Positions 34,601 through 48,047 of a stretch of 64,000 nucleotides of DNA are shown piece by piece. Source of the stretch: Phoronis australis (lineage: Eukaryota; Animalia; Phoronida); assembly GCA_002633005.1 (NCBI GenBank), contig NMRA01000379.1, forward strand, positions 248,001-312,000, read 5' to 3'. Position numbers and translations under genes: made by a program. The notes below the pieces were generated by a model. It had not been told where the DNA came from and did no database searches. It saw nothing but the letters and a program-made list of their open reading frames with translations. The number at the start of each line of letters is the position of its first letter. Within the stretch, counting starts at the first letter, position 1.

Positions 34601-37600
34601 ATATGTTTCTATGAAGCTGGCGATAGATGACCACGAGTTTCAGACGGATTGCCTCTAGTGGCAATTTTTAGTTTTTTTACATTTGCATAGAGTTCCTTGA
34701 TGGATTTGCTGAAATGGTTCTCTTTTATAAGAGATGATGCCTTTCTGTTTATGGATGGATTTGACATATCCTCCCCCACCTGGTGGCAATTTAAAAAAAT
34801 AAGAAGGTTTTTGACGTCTGCCTTTCTATCCATCAAATTGCTCAAAGGATAAACGAAAATTGGCAGATGTGTTCCTGATGAGAATGCAGTGGCTGACACT
34901 GATTTTCGGATGGGTTCGAATGCTGCTGTGGTAATTTTTGTTTTTTTTTGGGTCTATGGCTGTATCTCTAATTTTTTGGACGATCTTTGTGAAATTTGAC
35001 GGGTACATTCCTATGGAGGTAACAATGAATGACATGTTTCAGACCAATCTGGCTGCAGGTGTGCCCCCTAGTGGCAGTTTTATTTTTTACGTTTACCTCT
35101 GTATCTTCGAGTTCTTGAATTTTCATGAAATTTAACATATAGGTTTCTATTAAAGGAATAATGATGTCTTTCTGGTTTCAGAGGAATCTGACGTATTCTC
35201 CGCCACCTGGTTTTTGCCTGCATTTTTGACGTCCGCTGTCCTATCTGCCCAAGCATTCAAAGGATAATTATAAAAATTACGAAATGTTTTCCTGATGAGA
35301 AGTTTACAGCTCACACTGGTTTTCGGATAGGTTCGACTATTTTGGCGACCCCTGGTGGCATTTTTTGCAGGATCTTTGAAATGTGGCATATATGTTCCTA
35401 TGGAGATGATAACGGATGATGATGAGTTTCAGACCATTCTGACTGCAGGTGTGCCCCCTAGTGGGAGGTTTAGTTTGTTTACATTTGCCTCTGTTTCTTT
35501 GGAGTTCAGTGATGGATTTTTCTGAAATTTGGCAAATAGGCTTCTATTAAGGCGAAAATTATGCCTTTCCATTTTCAGACAGATTCAATATATTTGTGCT
35601 ACTTAGTGGCTATGTTTTACGATTTTTAGTTCGTTTTTAATGTTTGCCTCTTTATATGCCTAACTGTTCAAAGGGTCATCGTGAATCATAGTTGTGTTCC
35701 TGATTAGAATACCATAGCTGACATTGATTGTTTGGATGAATCTGTTCCTTGTGGTGCCCCCTTGTGGTGCCCCCTTGTGGTGGTTCTGTAGTTTTTGTGA
35801 CCATGGCTGGAGTTCCTGATTCCTTTGCATGATGTTTGTGAACTTGTGCAGGTGTTTTTCTATAGTTGTGATAGCGGCTGCCAGTGACTTTGGGCGGCTC
35901 TGACTACCGCTATGCCCCAGACATAGCAATTTTATTTTTACTTTTGCTTCTACATATCTTCAGTTCCTTGATGTTTTTTCATGAAATTTGGAATCAGGTT
36001 TCTGCTATGAAGATGGCAACATCTTTCCAATTTGCGATTGATTTGACGTATGTTTTGCATCACGTAGTGGCCATGTCAATTATTTTTGAGACTATTTTTC
36101 TGCTGTTTGCTTGTGTATCGGCAAACCAGTCAGATGTGTTCTTACTGAAATTAGCAACGTAACTGTGGTGCTCCCTACTGACATTATTTTCTCATGTGCC
36201 TTTGTATCTACCGAACCCCTTGCAAGATTACAATTTGTCAAGTCTGGTCTTATTATTAACCTGACATCAGATGGACTCATTCTATTACCGGTGTGTGTTC
36301 TAATGGCAATTTGTTTTTTATGTCTGCCTCTGAATATTTGTAGTTCCTTGGTGGATTTTCATGAGATTTGACGAACAGTTTTCTTATAGAGGGATAATTA
36401 CGCTCTTCCTATTTCGTAGGAGTTTGGCATATTCTGCGCCATCTAGTGGCCATTGTTATGATACTTAAAACACCATTAGGAGTACACCATTTGCACTGCA
36501 GTTGTGGACACATTTCAAAGCTCCACGTTGTGCTTGTTATGCTTTATTGATATCTTGTTGAAACCGAGCTGAGTAGATGTGACTCGAGGGTCTAGTACTG
36601 TGGTCCAAATAGACTCAAGTCCACAGTTGTGAGTAAAGGCAGCAGACACTTATCTCAAAAGACCACTCAGCCGCGTTTTGTAATCATTATGACATTGCTA
36701 AGTATGGTAACAAAAGCCAAGATTCAACTTTCTTTAATTTTCATCAGAAATTGTTTGAAATTGATTCTCGTGATTGTAAATTTACATTATAAAATAAATA
36801 AAAGCATTGGATGTCAATCAAATGGACACATCAAGCAAGAATATTAGAATATGTCTGAACAGTCTCACAGTCTTGACTTTCTTATTAAGTACTGTGTTTC
36901 CTGCCTCAATTGATGATGAGCCATTCTCCCGTCTGTCTATCAACACGTCTGTCTAGCAACATGTTTTGTTCTATATATGATTTTCCGTCTTCTTCAATTT
37001 TAGAAATTTCATTGCAGAGTTACCTTGGAATGAGCCAACTTACGCTTGTGAGGAGTATTGCAATTATAGAGATTCCAAGTTGAATCAGTCTCCATGGAGT
37101 AAAATGGACAGTTTGGTTTTAGGTAACTATTGAGTGTTCATGTTCAGGCTGTATTTCAATTGTAAATTTTTGCTCAATTCCCAGCTTGAGGTCCCAACTT
37201 GTAACAGCTAGGTGCTCTATCCAGCTATCAGCACCAGCCTGCTTTTAGTTAGATTACGGTAAACTGTCTTGAATTTTAGACAAAAATAGTTGTCAAAAGT
37301 CATTTTTTCATTTTTCTATGACTTCTAACATTTTTGTGAATGTCTACCATTTTTCAAAAGATTGTCTGATGTTGGCTTTGTTATGAAACTTGAGCATTTG
37401 ATTGGCTGCCACATGCCTTTCATGCAAAAATGATAACAAGAAATTCCATTTGTCGGCCATTGTGTGTCCCACATTGGTGAGATTTTACTGCGCATTCCGC
37501 ACTTTATATGACGAGCCTGTCAGTCCAACTTGTTGAGCCTGCAATCTGTTTCATGAAAATTTCTTGGGTTGCCAATTGGAAATTGAGCTTGTCAAAACAA

Positions 37601-40600
37601 GAGAACCCGGGATATATGAATTGAAGAACTGTGGAACTGAGGGTGCAGTGGCAAGCACTGAAATATTTGAAGTGGTTTCTGTTGTACACAACTTTTACCA
37701 CTATACTGTGACTTGCTCTATCAATTATACATTGTATCTTAAATCTGACCACACATGTTCATGAAACTTCTGAATAATGGTAAATCTAATCACTTTATGC
37801 CACACTATGGTTGGCAAGTAAATTTTATTTTTTATAAAAATATGTTGCATCAAATAAACGCTCATGTTTTAAGTTTTGTACTGTAGCTGTCTTCAGTTTT
37901 GGTCAATTCCTGGGCATTCACGAAACAAATTTTTAGAACTTTCGAAAATTGTAAAAAGATCATTATGCGCCCACATATTTATATATGGACGCATTATTAC
38001 AATTATTTTTCTTGAAAATTGATGGGATTTTACTGTAAGATGGCGGAGTCATGTGATTTCGATCTTGCGTCCAATTTTAAAATTATTTCATACCCACATG
38101 ACATGACATGCAACATTTGACTAAAACTGGCACAAGGAATAGGAATTTAAAGTTGTCTGTTGAAGATAGTTTCTCAAGATAATTGTGTTTTTTATTTTCT
38201 GCAGGATTGCTCCACGGTTTATTGAAAGAAAAGCCAAATGGGAGGTATACAGTAGAGCAAATCAAAAAGAGTAAATGGTATTGCAAAAACTTCTCCAAAA
38301 AAGGTTAGCTATACCATGAGAACTTACACTTGCTGTAAAGTATTTTAAATAATTTGTAGTTAGAATATGATCATGAATACGGTGTTTGCGCATCCTTCGA
38401 ATGGCCATTAAGTGTACCATATGATCATGAATACGGTGTTTGTGTATTCTTCGAATGGCCATTAAACGTACCATTTTGTCTTCCATTAGATCTGGTTGAA
38501 CCGATGTATGAATGAAATGCAGCCATGGTTTTGTGGCTCCTTAAGACTGGAATTATGGTGAATAAAGCACCATCATCTCCTCAAATTCTGGGGTAAACGA
38601 GCCGCAGGTAAACTAATATGCCTCCATTATCTCCTTTTCAGCTACATTGCGCCATCGTTCCAGCAGTCCCTGCCAGTCACCAACCAGCTCAGGTCGATTC
38701 AAGCGGATCTGTTCTCGACGAGAGTTATCGCCAACCAACTATAATAGTGCAAGGTAGATTTACTTGTTTAAGTTTGTTAAGCACACTGACCTGGTCTGTA
38801 GTCCAGTGAACTTTGCTCTAAAGTTGAGCTATCATTGCTTGGCATACAACTGAGGCCCAGAACATTTTGCTAGACTCTTAATTGGTTAAATGCATGGCAA
38901 CGGTGTCTTTACAATGTCAGTAGACATGCTCTCAAACTCCTAGTATATTTGTCTGTCTACCAAAGAGTGTTAATGGAGAAGATCATCAAGGGACACATCA
39001 GTTAAGAGAAAAAATGCTGTGTTTCATTATGTGAATTTGTCCTCCACAACAGAAAATTTGAGAACTGGGGATTTGAATTTTCGAAGTTGTGAACATGTTA
39101 AAAGTCCACGTCCATAGTGAACTAGTGGCAAACATCAGAAATACTGAAGAAATAACTTATCTCATATGAGTTCAAACTCGTATTGTTTTGTAGACTTATT
39201 GTTGGCAAAAATACGAACTAGTTACCAATTAAGGTTGTGAATGTTTAAAGTGGCTGTAAATCTGTTGAAGAAGCAAAGTTTTGACATAGACTACTTACTG
39301 CTGTAAAGTTAGTTTCAAGTTGGTCCTTACTCACATGAGAAGTGATGTATGGGTTTCAAACAGGTGATCAATCATTCTTTGAGACTATGCTCAGTGCATA
39401 AAAAGACCCACTGTGGCAAGCCAACTTCTTGAGACTGGTCTCAAAAACAATAATGAGTTGTCTCTTTTTTCAAAGCCCAAAAACCACATCCAATTTGATT
39501 AAGGGACAATTTGAGATCAATTTCGTACTCAAGTAAATGGTATAAATCAAAGATTGGTTTTGTTGATGGGGATGGTATTATAGCCTCTAACTTGTTGGTC
39601 ATGTGATTGTGGGAAACGGGTTTCCTAGCAACTGCAGTGGTCCTGTTTTTTCCATTCAGTATTAAAGCATAAAAATTGGTAGTAATAATTCACTACATTT
39701 CTGTTTCTACAGGTATCACGACGGAATCTCAGCATCCCAGCCCATGTCCCATCGAACTGAACTGGGACAGAGCGAGAACAGTATTCAAGGCATTGATGAC
39801 CTTATCCATGGTGTCAGCTTCTCCCAACCTGACAGGAAGGCTGACGACCTGCTCGTCTGTAGCCAGCTGGCAACTCAGTGTTCTCAGGTAGGCGAAATTA
39901 AATGCGCAGGTCCTGGGCTCACAACTAAATGTGACTGTTATGTTGTGACACTAATTGTGAGTATTTTTTGTGTTTATTTTGTGTTTGTCAGAAGCAATTT
40001 CTGAAACAAGGCCTGTGCAAACCAAAAAATAATCAGAAAATGACATGGATTTCCAATTGTGATGGATGTGCGCTAGTGGAACTGACCGTCATTACGTCAA
40101 AGGCCAATTATAATTCACCATCAGAGCACCTGCAATGACCCATCATGAGGCGTAACTTTCCACCAGTACTGTATTCCTTGATTGCACTGTGTCTGGTGTG
40201 GAGGTCACAGGATATTTTTGGTAATAATGTTTAATTGACTGTAAAACTTGTTCTAAGTTAGTTTGAAATCATCGATATGCACTTTCGCTTTAATGTACTT
40301 CGTATGCAACCTAGACAGTACGGGCATGTAAATAAATACTCTTATCTTTTTATTTCTTTTGCACTGTTTTTGCCCTGATAGGTCGATGTTTACGTCGGTC
40401 ATACTAAAATGTGTCGTTTTGTAGACGCCTATGCAAAAACTAGTGAGAAGAATGACCAGATTCTTTGTTAAGATGAAAGCTGACAGTACACTCAAACAGC
40501 TGAAAATAACAACTGAGAAACTGGGATATGAGTTCAGGAGTACAGGGGGACAGGTAGGTGGCGCCAGTAGTTCGAAGTAACCCAGGCAATGTGGGAAGTC

Positions 40601-43547
40601 AGAACTAAATTAGTTATCTTGGACGAAAGTGAAGCACTTCAGCTTGCTTTTGATCTGATTTGGGATTGGACAGAAATAGCTCAATGTTTTGATATTTGAA
40701 TAATTTATTGGAGTTATCACAAATACATAATGCACTTCAGTCTGCAAGTTGCCATGAACATTATATACTTGCAAGTTGCCATGAACATTATATACTTGCA
40801 AGTTGCCATGAACATTATATACTTGCAAGTTGCCATGAACATTATATACTTGCTTTAAACTTTTATCATGCATCAATTAATTAGTTATAAAACGGTTACC
40901 AATTGAATAAAAAAGAAAAACTTTACAAGCACTTTTTATGTGACTTACAATTGAGTTTCAATACAAAATAGAACTGAAATACACAGTCAATACAACTAGT
41001 TACAATGCTCTATTTTCATGACAGCCTTTTTGTTGTTACTTGTCACATAGTTGTCTAGAAGTGCCACAGATGAACATAGTTTCATCATTTTTATGCGCCC
41101 ACATATTTGTATGTGGTTGCATATTACCGTCATCTCTGTCCGGGCGTCTATGGTCCAGCATCCGCAGCTGTATCTCCTAAACCTCTCAGGATCTTGAAGA
41201 GATTTAGCTATTTTTACTGACAGTTTTTTGGCATTCACCCCTCTAACAACTAAATCGCTCTAAGGATGATAGTGAAAATTGGCATGTATGTTCTTAACTA
41301 TGAAGAGGACGATTGACGATGATTTTCCGATGACTTTGAGTACTGTGGCACTTCCTAGTGGCAGTTTTGTTTTTTGCACCCATGGCTGTATCTTTTAACA
41401 GTTTGCAGGATCTTTACTAAATTTAGCAAGTGTATTTATATGATTTTGACAACGAATGACAACCTTCGCATGGATCTGACCACCAGGGTCCCCCTTGTGG
41501 CAATTTTTTTATGTTTACCTCTGTATATTCAAAGGTCCTCAACGGAGTTTCATAAAATTTGGAATATAGGCATGTATTGTTGCAGTTATGCTTTCCTCCC
41601 ATTTTCGGATGGATTCGATGTATTTTGCGCCACCTAGTTGCCTGTTTTTTGGCGTCCATCCCTCTATCAACCAAACCATTCTAAGAATGATTTTGAAAAT
41701 TGGCGTGTACTCAGTGTGAAGAAGATGGTTACGCTGACATCTTCGGTTACTGTGGCGGCTCCTAGTGGTAGTTTTGTTTTGCGCCCATAGCTATATCTCC
41801 TAACCCGCTGCAGGATCTTTATTAAATTTGAATATCTTTCTATTAAAGAAGCGATGACATGTTCCGTTTTCAGATGTTGCACCATTTAGTAGCCATTTGT
41901 GTGATAGAAATGAACAACTCTAGAAGCACATCGTTTGGGGTGCATTTTTACGCTGTGCGTTGCTCTTGTTTGATTATTTATTGTCCGAGGAAGGATTTGA
42001 ACCCACGACTTCTGAAACTACAGATATTTTTAGTCCAGCACCTTAACCACTACACGGGCTAATTATTCAACTAGCTGAACAGTGCTTCTACATCTTACCA
42101 TAAATTAATTTTGCAAAAGTAACGGGTTGTAAAGTGGTCAGTCTTTGTGTGTCTTTATAACAGAACTTACATCATTCTGTTGTAGGTTACTGTGGTTACC
42201 AGTGATTGTCGACACAATCCACTGATATTCAAGGCATTCCTTATGGAAATGAACGGTGATATTCTTGTTGACTTTAGGCTCTCCAAGGTACGTATGTGTG
42301 TAGATATTTCATATTGTCAACAATATTTACTTTTTGTTCAAAAGTAGTGCAGTTTTAGAGGGACCATCACGTTGGTATCTAGCTGAACATGGAAGTGTCT
42401 TCACGTCCCAAGTGATCTCTCAAGTATGCCATGTAGACATCGACCTCATTAAAAAAGTCAAAACTGCATTTCACCCTGTTTAACTGGTTTAAAACAAAAA
42501 TTGAATAATGTTTTTGACTCCCACAAAATAATATTCCTTACATTGATAGCATTCTATTTGGGTTGTCAATAAGAATATCCAAACCATCAGCGACTCAACA
42601 AAACACTTCAGAGTTCAGTGAGCTTGGAGAATTCTAAAATTACAAATTCGAAAATGACACATGTATGCAGCATTGCCCTCGACTTGAATTAGTTGCGGAA
42701 ATGGAATCCTGTCCCTGCAAGGAATATTACGAGAAAAGTTTTATTGGAGTAGAAGCCCCGTATTGATTTTCCCTTTTTAACCAGCTAAACAGAGTGAAAT
42801 GGAGCCTTAATACTTATAAGAAGCTGAAAGAAGGTTTAGAATGTATAAAGCTGTTGCAACAACAGGCTTGAAAAAACAGTTGGGACAAAATAGTGTTATT
42901 GCTTGACACCATTTTGTCAAAAGCATTGTTCATTTGCACTTAACCTGTTTGACACAAACTTATCGAGTTTCTACAATTTTGTTACAGCTTATTCACAGGT
43001 GTACTTTTCTCCGACTGATATCTGTTGAATATTTTTTTGTGATTCACAGCTTGTTCATATACCTAATCCTGAAGTAATTGATTTCAAAGCTGATCATACA
43101 ATCTTTTGAAACACCCTGTACTTCAATGTTAGTAATGATCATGTGTGTGATGTAGTTTGGAGCTGACCTGTGTCACTGTGTTCTGTAGATGTAAGAATCT
43201 TGTGGAAATGCAACATGACACAGTCAAGTCTTTGCGATATATCGACATGCATTACTGGGGAAGCACATAAGCACACTATCTTTATTCAGGAGACTTACAG
43301 CCGTGTTTATGACTAACATAGCTGTGATAGTTGTAATTAATGTTTTGTGTTTTTCGAATAACAAAACAGCATTCTGGTTTATTGTACTTTGTGACTTCAA
43401 CAGCTGGGTTTATTTTCTGTTCAGGGAGATGGTCTAGAATTCAAACGGTGCTTTGTGAAAATCAAGAAAGACATGCAGAAGATAATCAAGAAAGTGCCGC
43501 CATTGTGGCCGATGACAGCGACACCTGTTATGGAGAATGCACACTGA
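28674..43547 (+). CDS. CHEK1: Serine/threonine-protein kinase Chk1, complete, 484 aa. Exons: 28674-28738, 29979-30075, 30783-30906, 31596-31730, 34124-34312, 37018-37122, 38205-38303, 38642-38753, 39713-39887, 40425-40553, 42186-42287, 43425-43547
   Basis: All introns are GT-AG and in phase; 1455 nt in total. [77 protein letters not shown] sites (SASQP, SFSQP), and the C-terminal KA1 region [10 protein letters not shown]...[21 protein letters not shown]. Confidence 0.97.
29021..29950 (-). mobile_element. Non-autonomous Kolobok-like DNA transposon with THAP-domain relic, in a CHEK1 intron
   Basis: TTAA at both ends (29017-29020, 29951-29954). TIR gaattcccaccatg / catggtgggaactt plus an internal inverted pair (~29185-29212 vs ~29783-29818). 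The minus strand reads [21 protein letters not shown]...QKWRRFV and, after a frameshift, [12 protein letters not shown] (THAP C2CH signature). Confidence 0.75.
30087..30262. repeat. Minisatellite 21 bp x ~8
   Basis: ggttactggtgggttgtttgg units starting about 11 nt after a CHEK1 exon donor. Confidence 0.92.
31738..32002. repeat. Two adjacent minisatellites (20-bp ctgggtctcttggcctgtta; ~18-bp cctatataggcccgtgcg)
   Basis: Directly visible tandem units starting ~8 nt after the donor of the HRD exon. Confidence 0.9.
32218..33442. mobile_element. Full-length non-autonomous TA-flanked DNA transposon (CCGTA termini) with a HIRAN-like coding relic
   Basis: TA TSD at 32216-17 and 33443-44. TIRs ccgtatttgccctaataag / cttattcgggcgaatacgg (17/19). 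Internal peptide [30 protein letters not shown]. Confidence 0.8.
34478..36538 (-). mobile_element. HINE/pearl-like element, long copy (~13 core monomers)
   Basis: Begins with the reverse-complement 3' hairpin ttttatgcgcccacatatttatatgtggg and ends with the reverse-complement 5' end (cacatttcaaagctccacgttgtgcttgtt). Confidence 0.75.
38365..38475. repeat. Tandem duplication ~54 bp x2
   Basis: atatgatcatgaatacggtgtttg...ttcgaatggccattaa..gtacc occurs twice. Confidence 0.85.
40743..40853. repeat. Minisatellite 27 bp x4
   Basis: tgcaagttgccatgaacattatatact repeated. Confidence 0.92.
41088..41970 (-). mobile_element. HINE/pearl-like element, copy with both ends
   Basis: tttttatgcgcccacatatttgtatgtgg ... 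core monomers ... gcgttgctcttgtt. Confidence 0.75.
41982..42060 (-). mobile_element. Degenerate tRNA-derived sequence (SINE head or tRNA pseudogene)
   Basis: The minus strand reads gtgtagtggttaaggtgctggact...gtcgtgggttcaaatcc, with A-box and B-box-like motifs but no clean cloverleaf. Confidence 0.5.
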
Positions 43548-46500
43548 ATTGTCAAGAATGTTGGCACTTAGTTACCATACTATTGGTGTCAAATTGGTGC
43601 TCTGCTGTAGTTTATATATTGCTTTGAAAGTTAAAATGTAAAAGTTACTGTTTCCTCAAAAGTGAGTTTGATATGTTGAACTTTGTTGAAATTGTAGGGC
43701 TTTAATCTTTGTTTTGGGACTAAAATTGTCAAAATTCAATTTGGTGCTATTACTTTCTTTTTCTAGACGAAATTCCTGTGTTGCCTAGTCTCACATATAG
43801 CATATGGATGTAGACTTCTGTTGGGTGTCGTGAGTGAAACAGTTGACAGTGGTCTGTTCCATGAAAAGTGACTTGCTCTCCTGCTTCACAATTAACAAAT
43901 AAAGCTTTTGCCAGCAGATGGCACTTACGGATATGTTTGCAGAGACCATGTACTATTGCTGAGGTGAGGTAAAATCGTGTAATTGCTTGGCCAAATTAGA
44001 GACACAACATATGGCGTGAAGTTGGTTGTCAAATGTTTTTAAGAACGAGTCCTGTGGCAAAAATGATCAGCCGCAAATCACTGAACGGTGTCCAGTAAGT
44101 ATTGTGACCTGGTGCTGGGGGACTACACTGCATGATGCGGGCAATACAAGTCTGTGAGGTGTGTCATTAGTGCAAATGACAGCTGTTTCCAGAATTTTTT
44201 ATTTTCACATTTACAAGTTGTCAATGAATACAACAGTTACTGAACTTTGTTTAGCGTAGATTATGTTAAAATCGCATTGTCATTTAGTTCCTGCTATACA
44301 TTAGCATAGTTAGGAGCATGCAAATACATCTTTATGATGAAATTTTTGACTTGAGCCAAGCCACTCTGCATGTCATGAACCCCTGTGTTCATCACTGTTG
44401 ACTGTGATTATTGGAACTACTAATAGTAGATTGCAATTATAATACTAATATTACATTTAGTTTAGTTATAGAATGTTCTTCAATCATATCATCGCGTCAC
44501 CTACAAATTTCATGAAGCAAGTTGTCTCAAACCTCAAAATATTGCTAGCAATTCCAGTATTATTTATGTAGATATCATTCTGCTTCTGCAATATTTTGAT
44601 AACATTTGTTCATAAAATGTGCCATATCTAAAGGAGAGAGCCTGCATGTATTGTGTTATTTTTATGAATTGTGGATCCCTGCTTGGTATTCTTGCCCCAA
44701 TTAAGGGTACAAGCATCATTTGTTGACATGCTCTCTTTATTTAAATTTCTTGCGTCTTGAGGTCTATTCCACAGAGCAAAATTCAATTACCGGGGTTTTG
44801 CATCTATTAGATAAGCCCACCCGCTGAAACGAAGTTCGATCAAAAGGAAGACTTAAGTGTATTTTTTGAATTTGTGGGCATTCTCAACAATGTAACAAGC
44901 CCCTGAAAATGGAAAAACACACTATTTTTGGCAATTATTTTTGTCCGGAATTGTGGGATTTTACCATAATGCGTCCAAGTTGGAATATTCCTCAACAGTC
45001 TGGTTCCTTGATATTAGGTTTCCAAGGAAAGTAGTGCAATGACATCCTTCAAAGAGAGGCACATAGTCTTATTCGCTTTCTTGTACTCAACTGTGCAGAA
45101 AATTGCCACCTATTTAGGACTTGGGATATTTCCTAATTTGCTGTTGTAAGTAGCAGCACAGTATTTCTTTACCATTTTGGAGCTCTATACCAGAGCTACC
45201 ATCAGACAATATTTTGACAAATTACAGGCGTGTACAACAATGCTAGAAGCCGTGGAAACCTGAAGTATGATAATTCCTGGAATTATTTTTATCCAGAATT
45301 GTCAAGTTTTACCGTTGTACATTGGAATACGCACATTTAATATCTTGTCATCCTATCAGTAAAAACTGAAACTAACATTGTCCTTCATTAAGGACCAATT
45401 ATATTTGTCTGTTTTTCTCTTCAAATTAGAGAAGATTTGTTGATCTTAGCACACAACCAAGGTGCTGTGTCACTTTTTTGACTTACCATTGTTCCGTGGA
45501 TAATGAATACACATTAAGTGAACAGTAATTAACTTTGTGAATGTCTCATTATGGCATCCATGTCTCTGTGCATGTACTACAGGTTTATCCTTTCAAGACC
45601 AACGCACTGCTTGTGCGGAAGTTTCTGCAGTTGCGTGAAACACTGCTTTTTGAACTGTACTTGGAACATTTGGTAACGGTACTATGTGACTACTTCTCAA
45701 GTCAAAGTTACATTGTTAGTTTTAAGGAATAGCTGTTAGAATTGTTTAGATTATGCGTAGGTACACTGTTGTCAGTGTCGCTTGTTCTACTTGCATGCCT
45801 AGTCACATTCATCCTTGATTTAATATAGATATTTTCTTAGTGGGATGGCTTACCATGCATGTACTTGGACTTTCACTTACTAAGCTGAAGAAAATTTGAG
45901 GTATAAATCTAGTAGAACTTGCAACGAACTTAAACTTAAGTTCGAGACTACAGACAGATTGCATACATTTTATGAACAGGGCGTCCGACTGCTTTATGCA
46001 ACACAAGATGCTTCAAACCATACAAATTTCTTCCAGGCCTGCAATGTCTGCTGTAATTGCAAGTTTTTTAAAATGTACCATGTATTTTCTGCAATGATTA
46101 CGTTTTGCTATTAAGTGAATTTGAAAGTTGGGTATATTTCTATAGTACAAACTTGCTGTGCTGTAAATAGGACTTAGTTTTGTTGCCTGTTTGGTTGTTA
46201 CCTCTAGTAGACATCTTTGTTAAATGTATGTATTGTACTACTGCAGATGGAGGCTATTTTTGAAACATGCAAATTTACTTTTGTAGAAACATGGTCTACA
46301 GAACACATCTCAAGTAGCCAAGATTTCTCTGTAATTATTCTGTTGCAAAGCTAGATTCAAAATGTCAATCATGTTTTGCAGGTCTGTGATTGGTAATAAA
46401 GCCATAGCATATATTTTGTAAATACTATTGTTTTGGAGACTTTTTCCACGCCATCTTTGAAAACCATTATTTGTTTCATGTTTTTGACGAGTAGAATATG

Positions 46501-48047
46501 GCATGTTCCAAGTTTACACATGGCAACACCCTTGACTGTGAAAGGACAATTCAGCACAGCCAATCTTTGGCACAGCTGAGTTGATGTATTCGATTTTGAG
46601 ATTTCACTGCTGTGATGACCGGCTATGACACTGCTGTGTGACTGGCTGTGTGTGACAAGCTAACTTGTGGAGACTGTTTTCAAGATTGATTACATTAAAT
46701 ATGGTATGGTGGTTTACGGTATATCAAAATTTGCTTTTTGTGAAAGAAGGTAGTTTGATAGCATCTTTAATTCCACGCTGTCGTCTGCTCAGGAATCATC
46801 CATATGTTATCCATAATTTCAAAAGCATACATTATATACCTCATCAAGTACTTCCAGCTATGTCAACTTTTCCTTCCGTTCTCACCACTGTTTCAAGATA
46901 TTCTAAAAGTGCATGCCATGCACTGACCACTTACTCAGAGCTATGAAAATATCAATAATTAGGGGCGATCCTTCGGCTAAAAAGCACTCTGTTCAATCAA
47001 ACACGATGCCGCAGAGCTGTGAAAATTAGAATCATATGCAACCATGGACCTAAAATGCAATGCGACACCCTGAAAATGCAACTAGGAACCACTCCCTGTG
47101 TAAGGAGGCAGATAAACTACTTCTCCATTATGAAAACATTTATTTACAATACGCCAAAACAAGGTATTGCAACTCCATAACAGTGTTCAACACTATTTAC
47201 AATATTCCCATCAGCGACACCTATCAACAACATTAAGAATACAACCTACTAATCAAACAAAAGTATTTGACATTTCATTATTTGATAACTCGTCAGTGAA
47301 TATTAAAACACTTAAAATGTCAAGAAATATTGCATTAAACTCCCATACAGAGCCCTTTCGCTGTTTACATCGACCATATTGTATAACCTGCTGTTTTTGT
47401 CTGCAAGCAGTACACTGTCGATGGCGACAGTATTGCCAAAGAAAAGAATTTCAGTACTTTTTCAAAGAGTGGGATCTGAAGTATTATACAAAATTTAGAA
47501 CTTCTCACATTAAACAATGCTGATGTAACTACTTTGATATTTTGGTCACCACTAGCAACTGTGAGAAGTCTTATTGACCCAATAAAAACATGCAGGCTCA
47601 TACCACCTTTCCTGGCTTAATAAGCTTCAGTTTGTTACTGGGTTTAACACATTGTCAAGTTTTACCATAAAGGTAGCATGCAACATTTACTTAGTTGGGA
47701 CCAATGCTTGTATCAGGGACCACATACTCTAACAGTTTCCGTTTGAATTCCAACATGATGCTGACTGTGGCTTTAACAGGACATTTGATTTGTATATGTT
47801 GATCAGACATGGGGTTTAAGAGGATATTTAATTTGTGTGTTTAAGCAAACAGACACAAGACTTTGAGAGAACATTTGATTTGTATACTTTGATCAAACAT
47901 GGGCGTCATTCAATCATCCAGTCATTCCATTTTCAACAACATCCTGAGGGGAACAACTGTTTGTCAACCTAAATATACAAACATTCCAGAGCCACAGGCC
48001 ATGTTAAATCAAAAATTATGTAAACAACAGCCTAGTTACATGAACTA

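Noticed and set aside
38580-38641. Donor-like CAG|GTAAAC at ~38607 suggesting an extra CHEK1 micro-exon
   Set aside because: It would leave only a ~34-nt intron, and the CHEK1 frame is already complete without it.
41982-42060. Functional tRNA gene
   Set aside because: A and B boxes are present, but the acceptor and anticodon stems do not pair convincingly. It is treated as a SINE head or pseudogene.
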